From Eledone cirrhosa (taxonomy: Eukaryota): a stretch of 64,000 bases of DNA. Position 1 is the first letter of the stretch. Each line of letters begins with the position of its first letter. The notes beneath the pieces are model-generated. The model did no database searches. It saw only the letters and a list, made by a program, of their open reading frames with translations, and was not told where the DNA came from. A program made the position numbers and the translations under genes. The stretch lies in contig OZ024759.1 in NCBI GenBank assembly GCA_964016885.1, forward strand, positions 13,578,001 to 13,642,000, written 5' to 3'. This document shows positions 51,389-62,964 of the stretch, one piece after another.

Positions 51389-52429
51389 CTGTCTGTCCAT
51401 CTCTCTATCAGTCATGCTCATTATATATAGAGAGGTGGAGCACCAAGTGAGAAATATGTATATAGATAGAGAGAGAAAAGGAAATGCTGTGTGTTTTCAA
51501 GGTGACCGAAAGAGGGAGATAGAGAGAGAGTTATGACGCCGCCCTCATATATATATAGAGGGGGGGGGAGGCTAAGCAAAAGAAATATACATAGAGAAAA
51601 GCAACGTCATTTGCTTATGTATATATATATGTATATATATATGGAGAGAGAGAGAGGCGAGAGAGAGAGAGAGTAGAGGGAGAGAGAGAGAGTAGAGGGA
51701 GAGTGAGAGAGTAGAGGGAGAGTAGAGAGAGTGAGAGAGTAGAGAGAGTGAGAGAGTAGTGAGAGAGAGAGAGAGATTGTGACAGAGAAAGAGGGAGATG
51801 TCACCCTCATTTAATAATAATAATAATAATTGTTTCTACTTTTGGCACAAGGCCAGCAATTATCCCAGTGCATTACTGGTACTTTATTTCATCGACCGCG
51901 TATGGATGAAAGGCAAAGTTAACCTTGGTGGGATTTGGACGCTGAACATAAAGGGACGTAACTCCATGCTGCAAAGCATGGTGTCCGATGCTCTACCGAT
52001 TCTGCCAAGGCACTGCACACATATTATGATAAATGCCTTCAATAGAATAGAAACAACAGAGAAATGTAGAAACCATTGACAAGATCCCAGACCTCATTGC
52101 CAAGTGGGGTGGGCCTCATCAAATTGGACCAAGGAAACAATGTTTCCATTGGTCTTTCTATTGCTCATATACTATCTACTGGTCACAACTTCTGGTAGAA
52201 GGAGCAATGTGAAATAAAGTGTCTTGCTTAAGGACACAAAGCATCACTTGGTCCGAGAATTGAACTCGCAACCTCATGATTGCGAATCCAACTCTCTAAC
52301 CACTAAGCCACATGCCTTCACAAGAGAAATATAATACAGCAAGTTCCCAGGGAACATAGGACTGTGCTCAATAACGTAGTGACAGCATGCAATTAAAATA
52401 AGACTAAGTGATAAGAATAAGAATAGTAA

Positions 52430-53490
52430 TACCGTATATGCCAGTATACAAATCGACATTGGGAGCCTAAAAATATCTCTCCAAAACCAGGGGTCGACTT
52501 ATCCGCTGAATATAAAATGTGAACCTTTACCACTGAGGGGTAAACAGTGAAACTGCCTGCCTAACACTTGTTGTACACCATTTACCATAACTGTAGCAGT
52601 CCAGCACAATTATTTCCTACTGAATCTCATATTTGTTAAGATTATTTAATGTAGAGATTATAATAATATCAATGACTTGCTGTAGCTCATAGGGTAGGTT
52701 ACCATAGGGTAGGTTACCATAGGGCAGGTTACCATAGGGTAGGTTACTATAGGGTAGGTTACCATAGGATAAGTTACTATAGGGTAGGTTACCATAGGGT
52801 AGGTTACCATAGGGAAGGTTACCATAGGGTAGGGTACCATAGGGCAGGTTACCATAGGGTAGGTTACTATAGGGTAGGTTACCATAGGATAGGTTACTAT
52901 AGGGTAGGTTACCATAGGGTAGGTTACCATAGGGAAGGTTACCATAGGGTAGGGTACCATAGGGAAGGTTACCATAGGGTAGGTTACCATAGGGAAGGTT
53001 ACCATAGGGTAGGTTACTATAGGGTAGGTTACCATAGGATAGGTTACCATAGGGTAGGTTACTATAGGGTAGGTTACCATAGGGTAGGTTACCATAAAGT
53101 AGGTTACCATAGGGTAGGTTACCATAGGGTAGGTTACTATAGGGTAGGTTACCATAGGATAGGTTACCATAGGGTAGGTTACTATAGGGTAGGTTACCAT
53201 AGGGTAGGTTACCATAGGGTAGGTTACCATAGGTTCGTTAAGGTGAGACTAGACTGGTTTACTCAGTGAGTTAGAACTCACTTGCCACTGAAGTGTTTTA
53301 GAAGTAGTGTCTTAGTCTTTAGCGCACCACTATATTTTTTGAATTATTTCCCCTGCAATTGTCTTATTTTTTTTGGGGGGGGGGGGAGGTCATATTATCC
53401 TGCTAATATAGGCCTAAACCTGAATTACACCTCAGAATTTTAGGGGTCATCCTATGCGCTGGATCGACTTGTATGCTGGCATATACGGTA
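52430..53490. mobile_element. pogo/Tigger-like non-autonomous DNA element with a TA target, containing a 15-bp tandem array (52688-53233)
   Basis: TIRs ta-ccgtatatgccagtatacaaatcga / tcgacttgtatgctggcatatacgg-ta; internal (catagggtaggttac)n. Confidence 0.8.
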
Positions 53491-53510
53491 ATTGTTTCAG
53501 TTGTAACTAC

Positions 53511-53617
53511 CTGTGGTAGTATGATAAAGGCGACTGTTAAGAGTGTGAGGATTGTATTGATCCAGAGCAGCCATCTTAGAAACAGGAAATAAGATGCAAC
53601 TACTGAGCCGAAATGAC
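53511..53617 (-). CDS. TMC: TMC exon D (107 nt): (G)[35 protein letters not shown] (TM1)
   Basis: Acceptor tatctttcAG, donor CAG|GTagtt; hallmark HFGS.VASYF.FLRW motif. Confidence 0.95.
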
Positions 53618-53703
53618 CTGAAAGATAAAAGCAAAACAATACAATACATGACAACAATACAACAGCAAAAAACATACCATAATAAGCAAACAAACATCTA
53701 CAC

Positions 53704-53994
53704 CAGGCATGGGCAACCTTTTTCAAGAAGAGGCAACATGAGATACTGCTCATCATCAGGTGGGCCGCAATTGCTAATCTATATTCGTGCCCACATTAAA
53801 ACAAAAGGGCGGTAACTCAGGTTGTTTTGATTTGTTTCTTCAGAATTCGTATACGTTGTTTTCCTCGATCGTAAAAATGATAGAAAGATAAATAACGACT
53901 GAAAAGTTGGGGTAAAAGAATCAGAAAGATTTCACTTAGGTGACTTAGGTGAGCCATTCAGAAAGCTTCACGGGCTGCAGGTTGCCCATCACTG
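53704..53994. mobile_element. hAT-type MITE with a perfect 8-bp target-site duplication
   Basis: TIR caggcatgggcaacct / aggttgcccatcactg; TSD ATCTACAC at 53696-53703 and 53995-54002. Confidence 0.88.
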
Positions 53995-54014
53995 ATCTAC
54001 ACATTGCTTTAGAT

Positions 54015-54575
54015 TAGAGGTTTTCAAAGTGGGCACTTCTGCCCCCCGAGAGGTGGGGCATTGAGAAGGTCCAAGGGGCATTGGGTAGAGATGATATAAT
54101 AGCATATTAGATATCAGATGATATAAGGTAAAGACCGTCTTCAGTCATGAATGACCATTGCTCCTCCAAGGAACAAGTCTGGGCAAGACCAGTAGTTGCC
54201 TATGTATACCAGCCTCCTCCTCTCCATGCCACTGATAATGTTCAAGGGAAAGGCTATGGCCGATACAGCTTGGCACCAGTGACGTATCAACTCATTTCTA
54301 CTGCTGAGTAAACTGGAGCAACATGAAATAAAATGACTTGCTCAAGGACACAACACATCACCCGGTCTGAGAATTGAACTCACAACCTCATGATTTATTT
54401 ATTTATACATAGTTTGTATTATATTATTTATTATATATAAATTAATGATTTTATTTATTATATATTACTTACAATTTGCGTGTAGGCAGGTTTCTCTAGA
54501 AACAGGGGTTGGGGTGCTGAGGATGTTACGGGGCCGTGAGGGGTGGCAGTCACCCAAAAAGTTTGAGAACCTCTG
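54015..54575. mobile_element. Older hAT-type MITE with a nested SINE fragment (about 54130-54395)
   Basis: TIR tagaggttttcaaa / tttgagaacctctg; TSD ctttagat / ccttagat (7 of 8 match). Confidence 0.65.
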
Positions 54576-55464
54576 CCTTAGATCCTTGACCCTTTTTTAT
54601 ACCAAATTGCCAGACACTACCCTTGCTTCTATTGTACAAAGCTATTTATTTCAAAGTGTTTGTATTTATCTAAAAATATTACATCATCATTTTATGTAAG
54701 ACCTTTAAGTTATGTTCCAAACACCAACTTATTAATGAGAAAGTTATATATATAAATCCATCCATAATCTTGAACACCCATAGGCTACAGTCTTTTATTT
54801 AAAATAAGATAACAGAAGTGCTGAATCTTTTGACAAGGGTGTACTTGTAGTGAAACCTGTCCACACCTTGACCCTTGAGTGACATCCAACGGTCAAATTC
54901 TGGGTTACCTCCTTTTGGTGTAAACAAGTCTGTGCATGGGTGATCTCTCGAGGTCACCCCTTTGGTTCTCAAGGCAGGGGACAGAGAAAGCGACAGATAT
55001 AAATAGCCTCTCTTAGAAAAAAGAGTTGAAAGCAGTTCCTGATAGAGTAACAATGTAAAACATTTGCTTTCTACAAATCTCTTGGGGTCTAGAGAGTCTA
55101 GAGACTTACTCGCTCTCTCTCTCCTGGTTTTACAGACTCTTACTCTCTCTCTCTCTCCTGGTCTTACAGACTCTTACTCTCTCTCATTCACTCAATCTCT
55201 ATCTCTTGGTCTCTCTCTTAACCAAGCCAGTGAAGTTCATGTTTTCTTGGTCAATACGACTTTAACTCTACTTTTACAAACAAACAAATAACGTACATAA
55301 TTCCTGTGTATTTTTTGTATAGCTCCGGTGTGAGCTATTTCCAATAAATTAATAAAATAGCAGTTTGGTGTCATCGTGGTTCTTTTATATATATTCATTT
55401 GCTGAGTGTTCAAGGAACTATGATATCATCATTATCTTATTGAATACTTACTCACTTACCTGCA

Positions 55465-56325
55465 CACATGCAACCTCTGGTCACACTGTATCACACAACA
55501 GTGACCACATGACACAGCAAGCTACAAGACATGGAACCTCTGGTCACACTGTATCACACAACAGTGACCACATGACACAGCAAGCTACAAGTCATGCAAC
55601 CTCTGGTCACACTGTATCACACAACAGTGACCACACGACACAGCAAGCTACAAGACATGCAACCTCTGGTCACACTGTATCACACCACAGTGACCACATG
55701 ACACAGCAAGCTACAAGTCATGCAACCTCTGGTCACACTGTATCACACCACACAGCAAGCTACAAGACATGCAACCGCTGGTCACACTGTATCACACAAC
55801 AGTGACCACATGACACAGTAAGCTACAAGACATGTAACGTCTAGCCACACAACAGTGACCACATGACACAGCAAGCTACAAGACATGCAACCTCTGGTCA
55901 CGCTGTATCACACAACAGTGACCACATGACACAGCAAGCTACAAGTCATGCAACCTCTGGTCACACTGTATCACACCACAGTGACCACACCACCCAGCAA
56001 GCTACAAGACATGCAACCTCTGGTCACACTGTATCACACCACAGTGACCACATGACACAGCAAGCTACAAGACATGCAACCTCTGGTCACACTGTATCAC
56101 ACCACAGTGACCACATGACACAGCAAGCTACAAGACATGCAACGTCTGGTCACACTGTATCACACCACAGTGACCACATGACACAGCAAGCTACAAGACA
56201 TGCAACGTCTGGTCACACTGTATCACACCACAGTGACCACATGACACAGCAAGCTACAAGACATGTAACCTTTGGTCACACTGTATCACACAACAGTGAC
56301 CACATGACACAGCAAGCTACAAGTG
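55465..56325. repeat. 63-bp minisatellite, about 13 copies
   Basis: catgcaacctctggtcacactgtatcacacaacagtgaccacatgacacagcaagctacaaga; 21-aa periodicity. Confidence 0.93.
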
Positions 56326-57069
56326 AGCATGCATGCAACAAATGAATCAACACCACAACACAATCCACTCACCAACATCAACCAACAAATAATTGCTATA
56401 TACTTCCCTTAAAATATATAAAGGACCAATTAAATATTTCCTAGCTAACATTTCAACATCTTCATTATTGTTACTAGCAGAAAAACCACCCCTCGGGTAG
56501 TTTTCTGCTAGTATGTGTAGTGTGTATATTGATATTATATGCAAGTATATATACATGTAGATATGATACATGAAATAAAATCGTAATTGACAATATACAC
56601 AGAAATTGAATGAAGACTATTATTACACTGTCTTATGTAATCAGTAACGTAATCCATGATACATTAAAAAAAGACGATATTATATATAAACTGCATTAGG
56701 AGAAAATTAGCGATGGAAATATATGAATGTTTATTTAAGTAATTGCTAACCGGAAGTGTTGACATTTGAAAATTTTAAAGAAGTGAATCTTAAAATAAGC
56801 AACAAAATTATTTATATTTAATCAAGAATAACGAAATTCAGTAGATAAATTATGTAATATTCACTCATTATTTATTCAAAGTAATCCAACTTATTGTACA
56901 AACAGGATAAACAAATATATTCTGGACACAGACCCACACTCCTTACTTTATTATAGCTTAGATTCTTGACATATAATATGACACTAACAACCTCATCATC
57001 GCTACTTAGCAACCTGACCACTTACTGATAGTTGTCATGGTAATGTAAAAGTCAACTAAGCAAACTTAC

Positions 57070-57151
57070 CCTCCACTCGTTTGATTTGCATTTCCCAAGG
57101 AATAAATATAGAAACTGCATTCATCAGTTCTCTTCGAATACGTCGAAAAGC
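57070..57151 (-). CDS. TMC: TMC exon C (82 nt): [27 protein letters not shown](G)
   Basis: Acceptor tgctttcAG, donor GTAAGT; IPWEM.IK..E motif. Confidence 0.93.
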
Positions 57152-58523
57152 CTGAAAGCAATAATAAAAAAAATAATAATTATTATTACTAGTAGAAAAA
57201 CCAGCTGGTGTATATATAAAGAATTTAGTTGCATCTGGGGAAGTGTTAATGAGGTGTAAAGTACATGTCATCTTTTGATGAAAATAAACTAAAAACAAAG
57301 ATGTTTGATTGAGAGTGGTATTGGGGGTGAGGGATCACAACAAATGGGGGGGGGGGGCTTACCCCCAACACCACTCTCAATCAAACATCTTTGTTTTTAG
57401 TTTATTTTCATCAAAAGATGACATGTATTTTACACCTCATTAACACTTCCCCAGACACACCCAAATTCTTTATATATACACCAACAATGTATATATATAA
57501 CGTTATATATACACCAACATTATATATACACCAACATTGTATATACACCAACATTATATACACACCAACATTGTATATATATAACGTTATATATACACCA
57601 ACATTATATATAGACAACATTATATATACACCAACATTATATATACACACAGTGGATTGGCAGAGGGTCGGACGCCATGCTTTGCAGCAAAGAGTTACGG
57701 CCCTTTACGGTCTGAGTTCAAATCCCGCCGAGGTTAACTTTGCCTTTCATCCTTACGGGGTCGATAAAATAAAGTACCAGTAATGCACTGGGATAATTGC
57801 TGGCCTTGTGCCAAAAGTAGAAATAATTATATATACACATTATATATACACCAACATTATATATACTCAACATTATATATACAAATATTATATATACACC
57901 ATTATATATAAACCAACATTATATACACACCAACATTATATATACACTAACATTATATATATACACACCCTTGCAAGCAGGGAAAAGCGGACGTAAAATG
58001 ATGATGATGATGATGATGATGATGGCAGTGGATTGGCAGTATCGGTAGAGGGTCGGACGCCATGCTTTGATGCATTGAGTTACGGCCCTTGCCATTCTGA
58101 GTTCAAATCCCGCCGAGGTTAACTTTGCCTTTCATCCTTACGGGGTCGATAAAATAAAGTACCAGTTATGCACTGGGTGATTGCTGGCCTTGTGCCAAAA
58201 GTAGAAACAATTACATATATACACCAACATTATATATACACCGAGGTTAGCTTTGCCTTTCATCCTTACGGGGTCGATAAAATAAAGTACCAGTAATACA
58301 CTGGGTAAAAGCTGGCCTTGTGCCAAAAGTAGAAACAGTTATATATATATATACACCATTACATATACACTAACAAAATATGACTTTAGATCAATTTGAC
58401 AAACAGACATTCAACTATTTACAGGGATACATTTGAAGAGGGATTTGACAGTTAGGTCTAACAATTTCAGTGGCTTCATAGAGGACTACCTTAATGATAT
58501 TAAGAAAAGGGTTTTTTACTCAC

Positions 58524-58599
58524 ATCAAAGCCCATCTGCTGGAAGTCCTGGCCCCTGGAAAGACTGCTTTCATGGCCCTTAACATAAGCTTTCGCTTTC
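58524..58599 (-). CDS. TMC: TMC exon B (76 nt): (R)KAKAYVKGHESSLSRGQDFQQMGFD
   Basis: Acceptor ttttccgcAG, donor GTGAGT; phase 2 in, phase 0 out; continues the LR-KAK.YV..HE motif. Confidence 0.88.
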
Positions 58600-59159
58600 C
58601 TGCGGAAAAAAAAATGTTAAAAATAACAATTACTAAATTGTTAGTATCCTGTCACCCACACTAACACTTTACAGAGTGTACTGGGTGCATTTTATGATGG
58701 TGCCACGATAATACTTAACAGAGTGTACTGGGTGTATTCTATTATGACACCATCACTAACACTTCACAGAGTGTACTGGTTGTATTTTATCATGGCACCT
58801 GCACTAACACTTTACAGAATGTACTGGGTGTATTTTATCATGACATCAGCACTACCACTTTACAGAGTGTACTGGGTGTATTTTATCATAACACCACCAC
58901 TAACACTTTACAGAGTGTACTGGGTGTATTTTATCATAACACCTGCACTAACAATTTACAGAGTGTACTGGGTGTATTTTATCATAACGCCAGCAATACC
59001 ACTTTACAGAGTGTACTGGGTGTATTTTATCATGGCACCAGCACTACCACTTTACAGAGTGTACTGGGTGTATTTTATCATGGCACCAGCACTACCACTT
59101 TACAGAGTGTACTGGGTGTATTTTATCATGGCATCAGCACTACCACTTTACAGAGTATA

Positions 59160-61999
59160 CGTAGTCTATGCAATAAGATTAATCTTTTTGAATCCTACGT
59201 CAAAAGTATCAACCCTGACTTCATTACAGTCACGGAAACTTGGGTACATCCCTTATTCTGTGATGGGGTTTTCAGCATAACTGGCTACAACCTGTTTCGT
59301 AAAGACCGCAGTAATCGTGGTGGTGGTGGTGTAATGGTCTACGTTCGGTCAAATTTGTCAGCAATTCCTTGTGTTGATTTGAACCAATCACAACAGGAAG
59401 TTTTTTTCTGCGATATACGTATGACCATGGCAACACTGCTACTTGGAGTCGTTTACCATCAGGACACTTTACCATCAGGACACTCAACTTTGTGATATCC
59501 TCAGAGCTGCTGCCAGGAAAACAGCCACTTATGTTTTTATTGCAGGAGACTTCAATCACCCTGAGATTGACTGGGAAACCTTTTGTTGGCCGCCAAGTGC
59601 AAATGACTTCCTTGAGCTAGTACTGGACTCGAGTTGGTCCCAAGTAGTCACCTCCCTAACAAGAGGTGACAACACTTTGGACCTACTCTTCACCACTACT
59701 CCTGAAACGGTCATTAGTGTTACTGCTGAGGAACCTTTAGGTGACTCTGATCATTGCCAATCTATCCCTCATGGGCAGTAACAAGAACCACAACCATACC
59801 CAAACTGCTCACTTTGACTGGAATAAAGCAGACTGGAACTGTTACTGCACCGAGCTGCAACAACCAAACTGGTTTGAGTTCTACGACTCTGGAGATTGCC
59901 ATCTGTACTCCAGAACATCCTAAGCTCAATATGGACAGCATGTGCAGCATTGGTGCCACGTAAGCGGAAAAAACATCCCAAAAGTGCAATTTGGGAGATT
60001 GCAGCAGTCCATCTTACCAGAAAAGAACGTTGTAATGCTGAACGCGAGTACAAACTTCACAAATCAGACATTAATAGGAAGAGGTGAAATAAATCGTCCA
60101 ACCACCTTAAACAGGTGACAAAAAAGGTAGTGCTTCAATTTGAGCAGCGCATAGCAACTAGCCCTGACAGTAAGGTGTTCTGGAAGTATGTTCACTCAAA
60201 GCAGAGGCCTCACTCTCCAGTTGGTCCTCTTCGCAATCCCCACACAAGCCAGGTTACTGACGACCCTAAGGAATGCGCAGAGCTCATTGCTGAATGCTAT
60301 GCAGGCATTTTCACTATTGAAGACCAGAGTGTACCGTCTCCACCACCTATGACACCGGACTCTATTACAAACATGGAATTTACACCTGCAATGCAGCGAC
60401 GTCACCTAAAAAATAAACACAACCCTGCCTCTCCTGGTCTTGATGGTGTTACGTACCTGCTTCTTAAATGTGGTGGGTATTTACTTCTGCACCAGCTATC
60501 ACGCTTCTTCCAATTCTGTCTGAACAACGGTCCTACTCCAGAAGAGTGGAAAACTGCCAGTGTCATTCCTCTGTTCAAAAAGAGTGACCGCACATCACCT
60601 GTGAACTATCATCCAGTCAGTCTTACTAGTTGCATCGCCAAACTGATGGAATCCTGTGTCAGAGAAACACTTTGGAACTTCTGGAACTCTCACAGTCTTA
60701 TCCGACCCTCGCAATTTGGATTTATCCCCATCTCCAGCTGCTGTGATCAACTTATCGAGTTTCTCGAAGACATCACTCGGATCACTGATGGCGGCTCATG
60801 GATGGATGTTGTTTACCTTGACTTTGCGAAAGGGTTATGGCAAAACTCTCTGCAATGGGTGTGAAGGATGATCTTTTTAATTGGTTGAAGTCCTTCATTC
60901 TCAGAGAGGTAGTCACGGTTCTGGGACAGCATTCCTCACCATATGAGATGTCATCTGGTGTACCACAGGGATCTGTTCTTGGCCCCCTTTTGTTTGTGGC
61001 ATATATTAATGACATAGATGCCAACTTAAAGAATGCCACAGTACTAAAGTACGCAGATGACATCAAGCTGTACCTTGAGATAAAAAGGACAGATCCTGAA
61101 CACTATAGATCTTGCTTGCAGTCTGACCTGGACACAATGCAACAATGGATCTCAGACTGGCAACTCAAGCTAGCTGTGGACAAGTGCATCACTATGCATT
61201 TTGGGAGTAAAAACCCAGCGTCCACATACTCCTTCCACAGCACTAATATCAAGAAGTCTTCTTGTGAACGTGATCTGGGCATTACGGTCAGCAGCGATTT
61301 GCGTTGGACGAAGCACGTCTCTAAAATTGTCAAGAGGGTGTCTTAGCATCACTCAGCAAGACCTTTGTCAGCCGCATGTACAGCCTTAAATAGATAGAAG
61401 GCTGTACATTGCTATGGTGTGGCCACACTTAGAATTTGCATCACCAGTCTGGAACCCCTATCTTGCTCAGAACATTGACCGCCTGGAAACTGTTCAGAGA
61501 CGTGCAACCAAGCGAATACCCTCCATCAGGCATCTACCATACTCTGAGCGCCTTGCTTCCCTAGGCATGAATACATTGAAGCTCTGATGTCTGGCAACTG
61601 ACTTGGTAAACACCCACAAAATTATTAACCATCTTGCCAACAACAACCCTGAATACCTTTTTGATTTCCATGTGTCTAACACACGTGGGCATGCCCACAA
61701 AGTCAGAAAACAGCACAGTCCCCATGACTTTCGGAAACATTTTTTCACGCTAAGAGTTGCAGAAGCATCGAACAAACTACCTGCATCAGTTGTTAGCTGT
61801 CGAGACACTGCATCCTTTAAAACCTCCATGCTTCCTGAGATTCGCCAACACTACACCTAATGTTCCCCCTCCATACACATACACTATTCACTTCCCTGAT
61901 ATTTGTATATTATTCTATGTACTATACATAAACCTTTGATGAGTTGTAGTGCACCTGAGCACTTTACACAATAATTTCATTATTATTATTATTATTATT
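59160..61999 (+). mobile_element. CR1/L2-group LINE ORF2 (APE endonuclease + RT), frameshifted, with an (ATT)n tail, splitting a 48-bp minisatellite
   Basis: AGDFNHP, TRGDNTLDL, SDH, NYHPVSLT, QFGF, YLDFAK, GVPQGSVLGP, YADD, ERDLGI, TRGH...FFTLRV. Confidence 0.92.
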
Positions 62000-62456
62000 T
62001 GATCATGGCACCTGCACTAACATTTTACAGAGTGTACTGGGTGTATTTTATCATAACACCTGCACTACCACTTTACAGAGTGTACTGGGTGTATTTTATC
62101 ATAACACCACCACTAACACTTTACAGAATGTACTGGGTGTATTTTATCATTGTACCATCACTATCACTTTACAGAGTGTGCTGGGTGTATTTTATCATGG
62201 CACCTGCACTACCACTTTACAGAGTGTACTGGGTGTATTTTATCATAACACCACCACTAACACTTTACAGAATGTACTGGGTGTATTTTATCATTGTACC
62301 ATCACTATCACTTTACAGAGTGTGCTGGGTGTATTTTATCATGGCACCAGCACTACCACTTTACAGAGTGTACTGGGTGTATTTTATCATAACACCAGCA
62401 CTACACTTTACAGAGTGTACTGGGTGCAATAGAAATAAAGGTGAAAGTATAATAAC

Positions 62457-62579
62457 CTGAGTAACTTGAGTTTCTTGTGTATAGACCAGGGCTGGAATCG
62501 TATTGTATCAATGAGTTCTTTCTGGAGCTTGATGCCGCTGAGTATCTTTTCATCTGCTGTTTGCGATGTCAAATCACGA
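62457..62579 (-). CDS. TMC: TMC exon A (123 nt, phase 2/2): [40 protein letters not shown](R)
   Basis: Acceptor tttttgccAG, donor AG|GTtatt; N-terminal QPW..KL..LR motif; in phase with the next exon. Confidence 0.88.
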
Positions 62580-62657
62580 CTGGCAAAAATGTGAACACAT
62601 GCATACAAATATTCAGCTATATATATATGTATATATATATATAAATATATATATATA

Positions 62658-62689
<32 letters not shown>

Positions 62690-62703
62690 AATATATATAT
62701 ATA

Positions 62704-62737
<34 letters not shown>

Positions 62738-62797
62738 AATATATACATATATAAATATATATATATAAATATATACATATATAAATATATATATATA

Positions 62798-62829
<32 letters not shown>

Positions 62830-62907
62830 AATATATATATATAAATATATATATATAAATATATATATATATAAATATATATATATAAATATATATATAC
62901 ATATATA

Positions 62908-62957
<50 letters not shown>

Positions 62958-62964
62958 AATATAT

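Larger units (their letters stand above)
19516..62579 (-). other. TMC: Partial multi-exon gene for a transmembrane channel-like protein (TMC1/2/3-type); 10 exons found, 1050 nt, 350 codons; 5' and 3' exons not found in the window
   Basis: Ten GT-AG exons join with consistent phases into ...[16 protein letters not shown]...[28 protein letters not shown]...YSVFFYGFY...GYEIPVAY...[24 protein letters not shown]...ESIREVEEK...FFDLISKMEQYHPRTNLRAQLAR. The motifs and their order match TMC1/2/3 proteins as I know them. Confidence 0.95.

Noticed and set aside
48384-51450. Cys-rich metallothionein- or keratin-like ORFs
   Set aside because: Pure GT-rich minisatellite with no unique coding context.
52688-53233. 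Interstitial telomeric repeat
   Set aside because: The unit is 15 bp and contains ATAGGG, not tandem TTAGGG.
54820-55430. Possible solo LTR (TATA-like tataaata, AATAAA, CT-rich tract)
   Set aside because: I could not define TG...CA ends, a TSD or a second copy in the window.
58660-59158. CRISPR-like regular repeats (also 15009-15330, 32280-32840, 55465-56325)
   Set aside because: Contiguous tandem units without unique spacers, no cas genes, and a eukaryotic intronic context.
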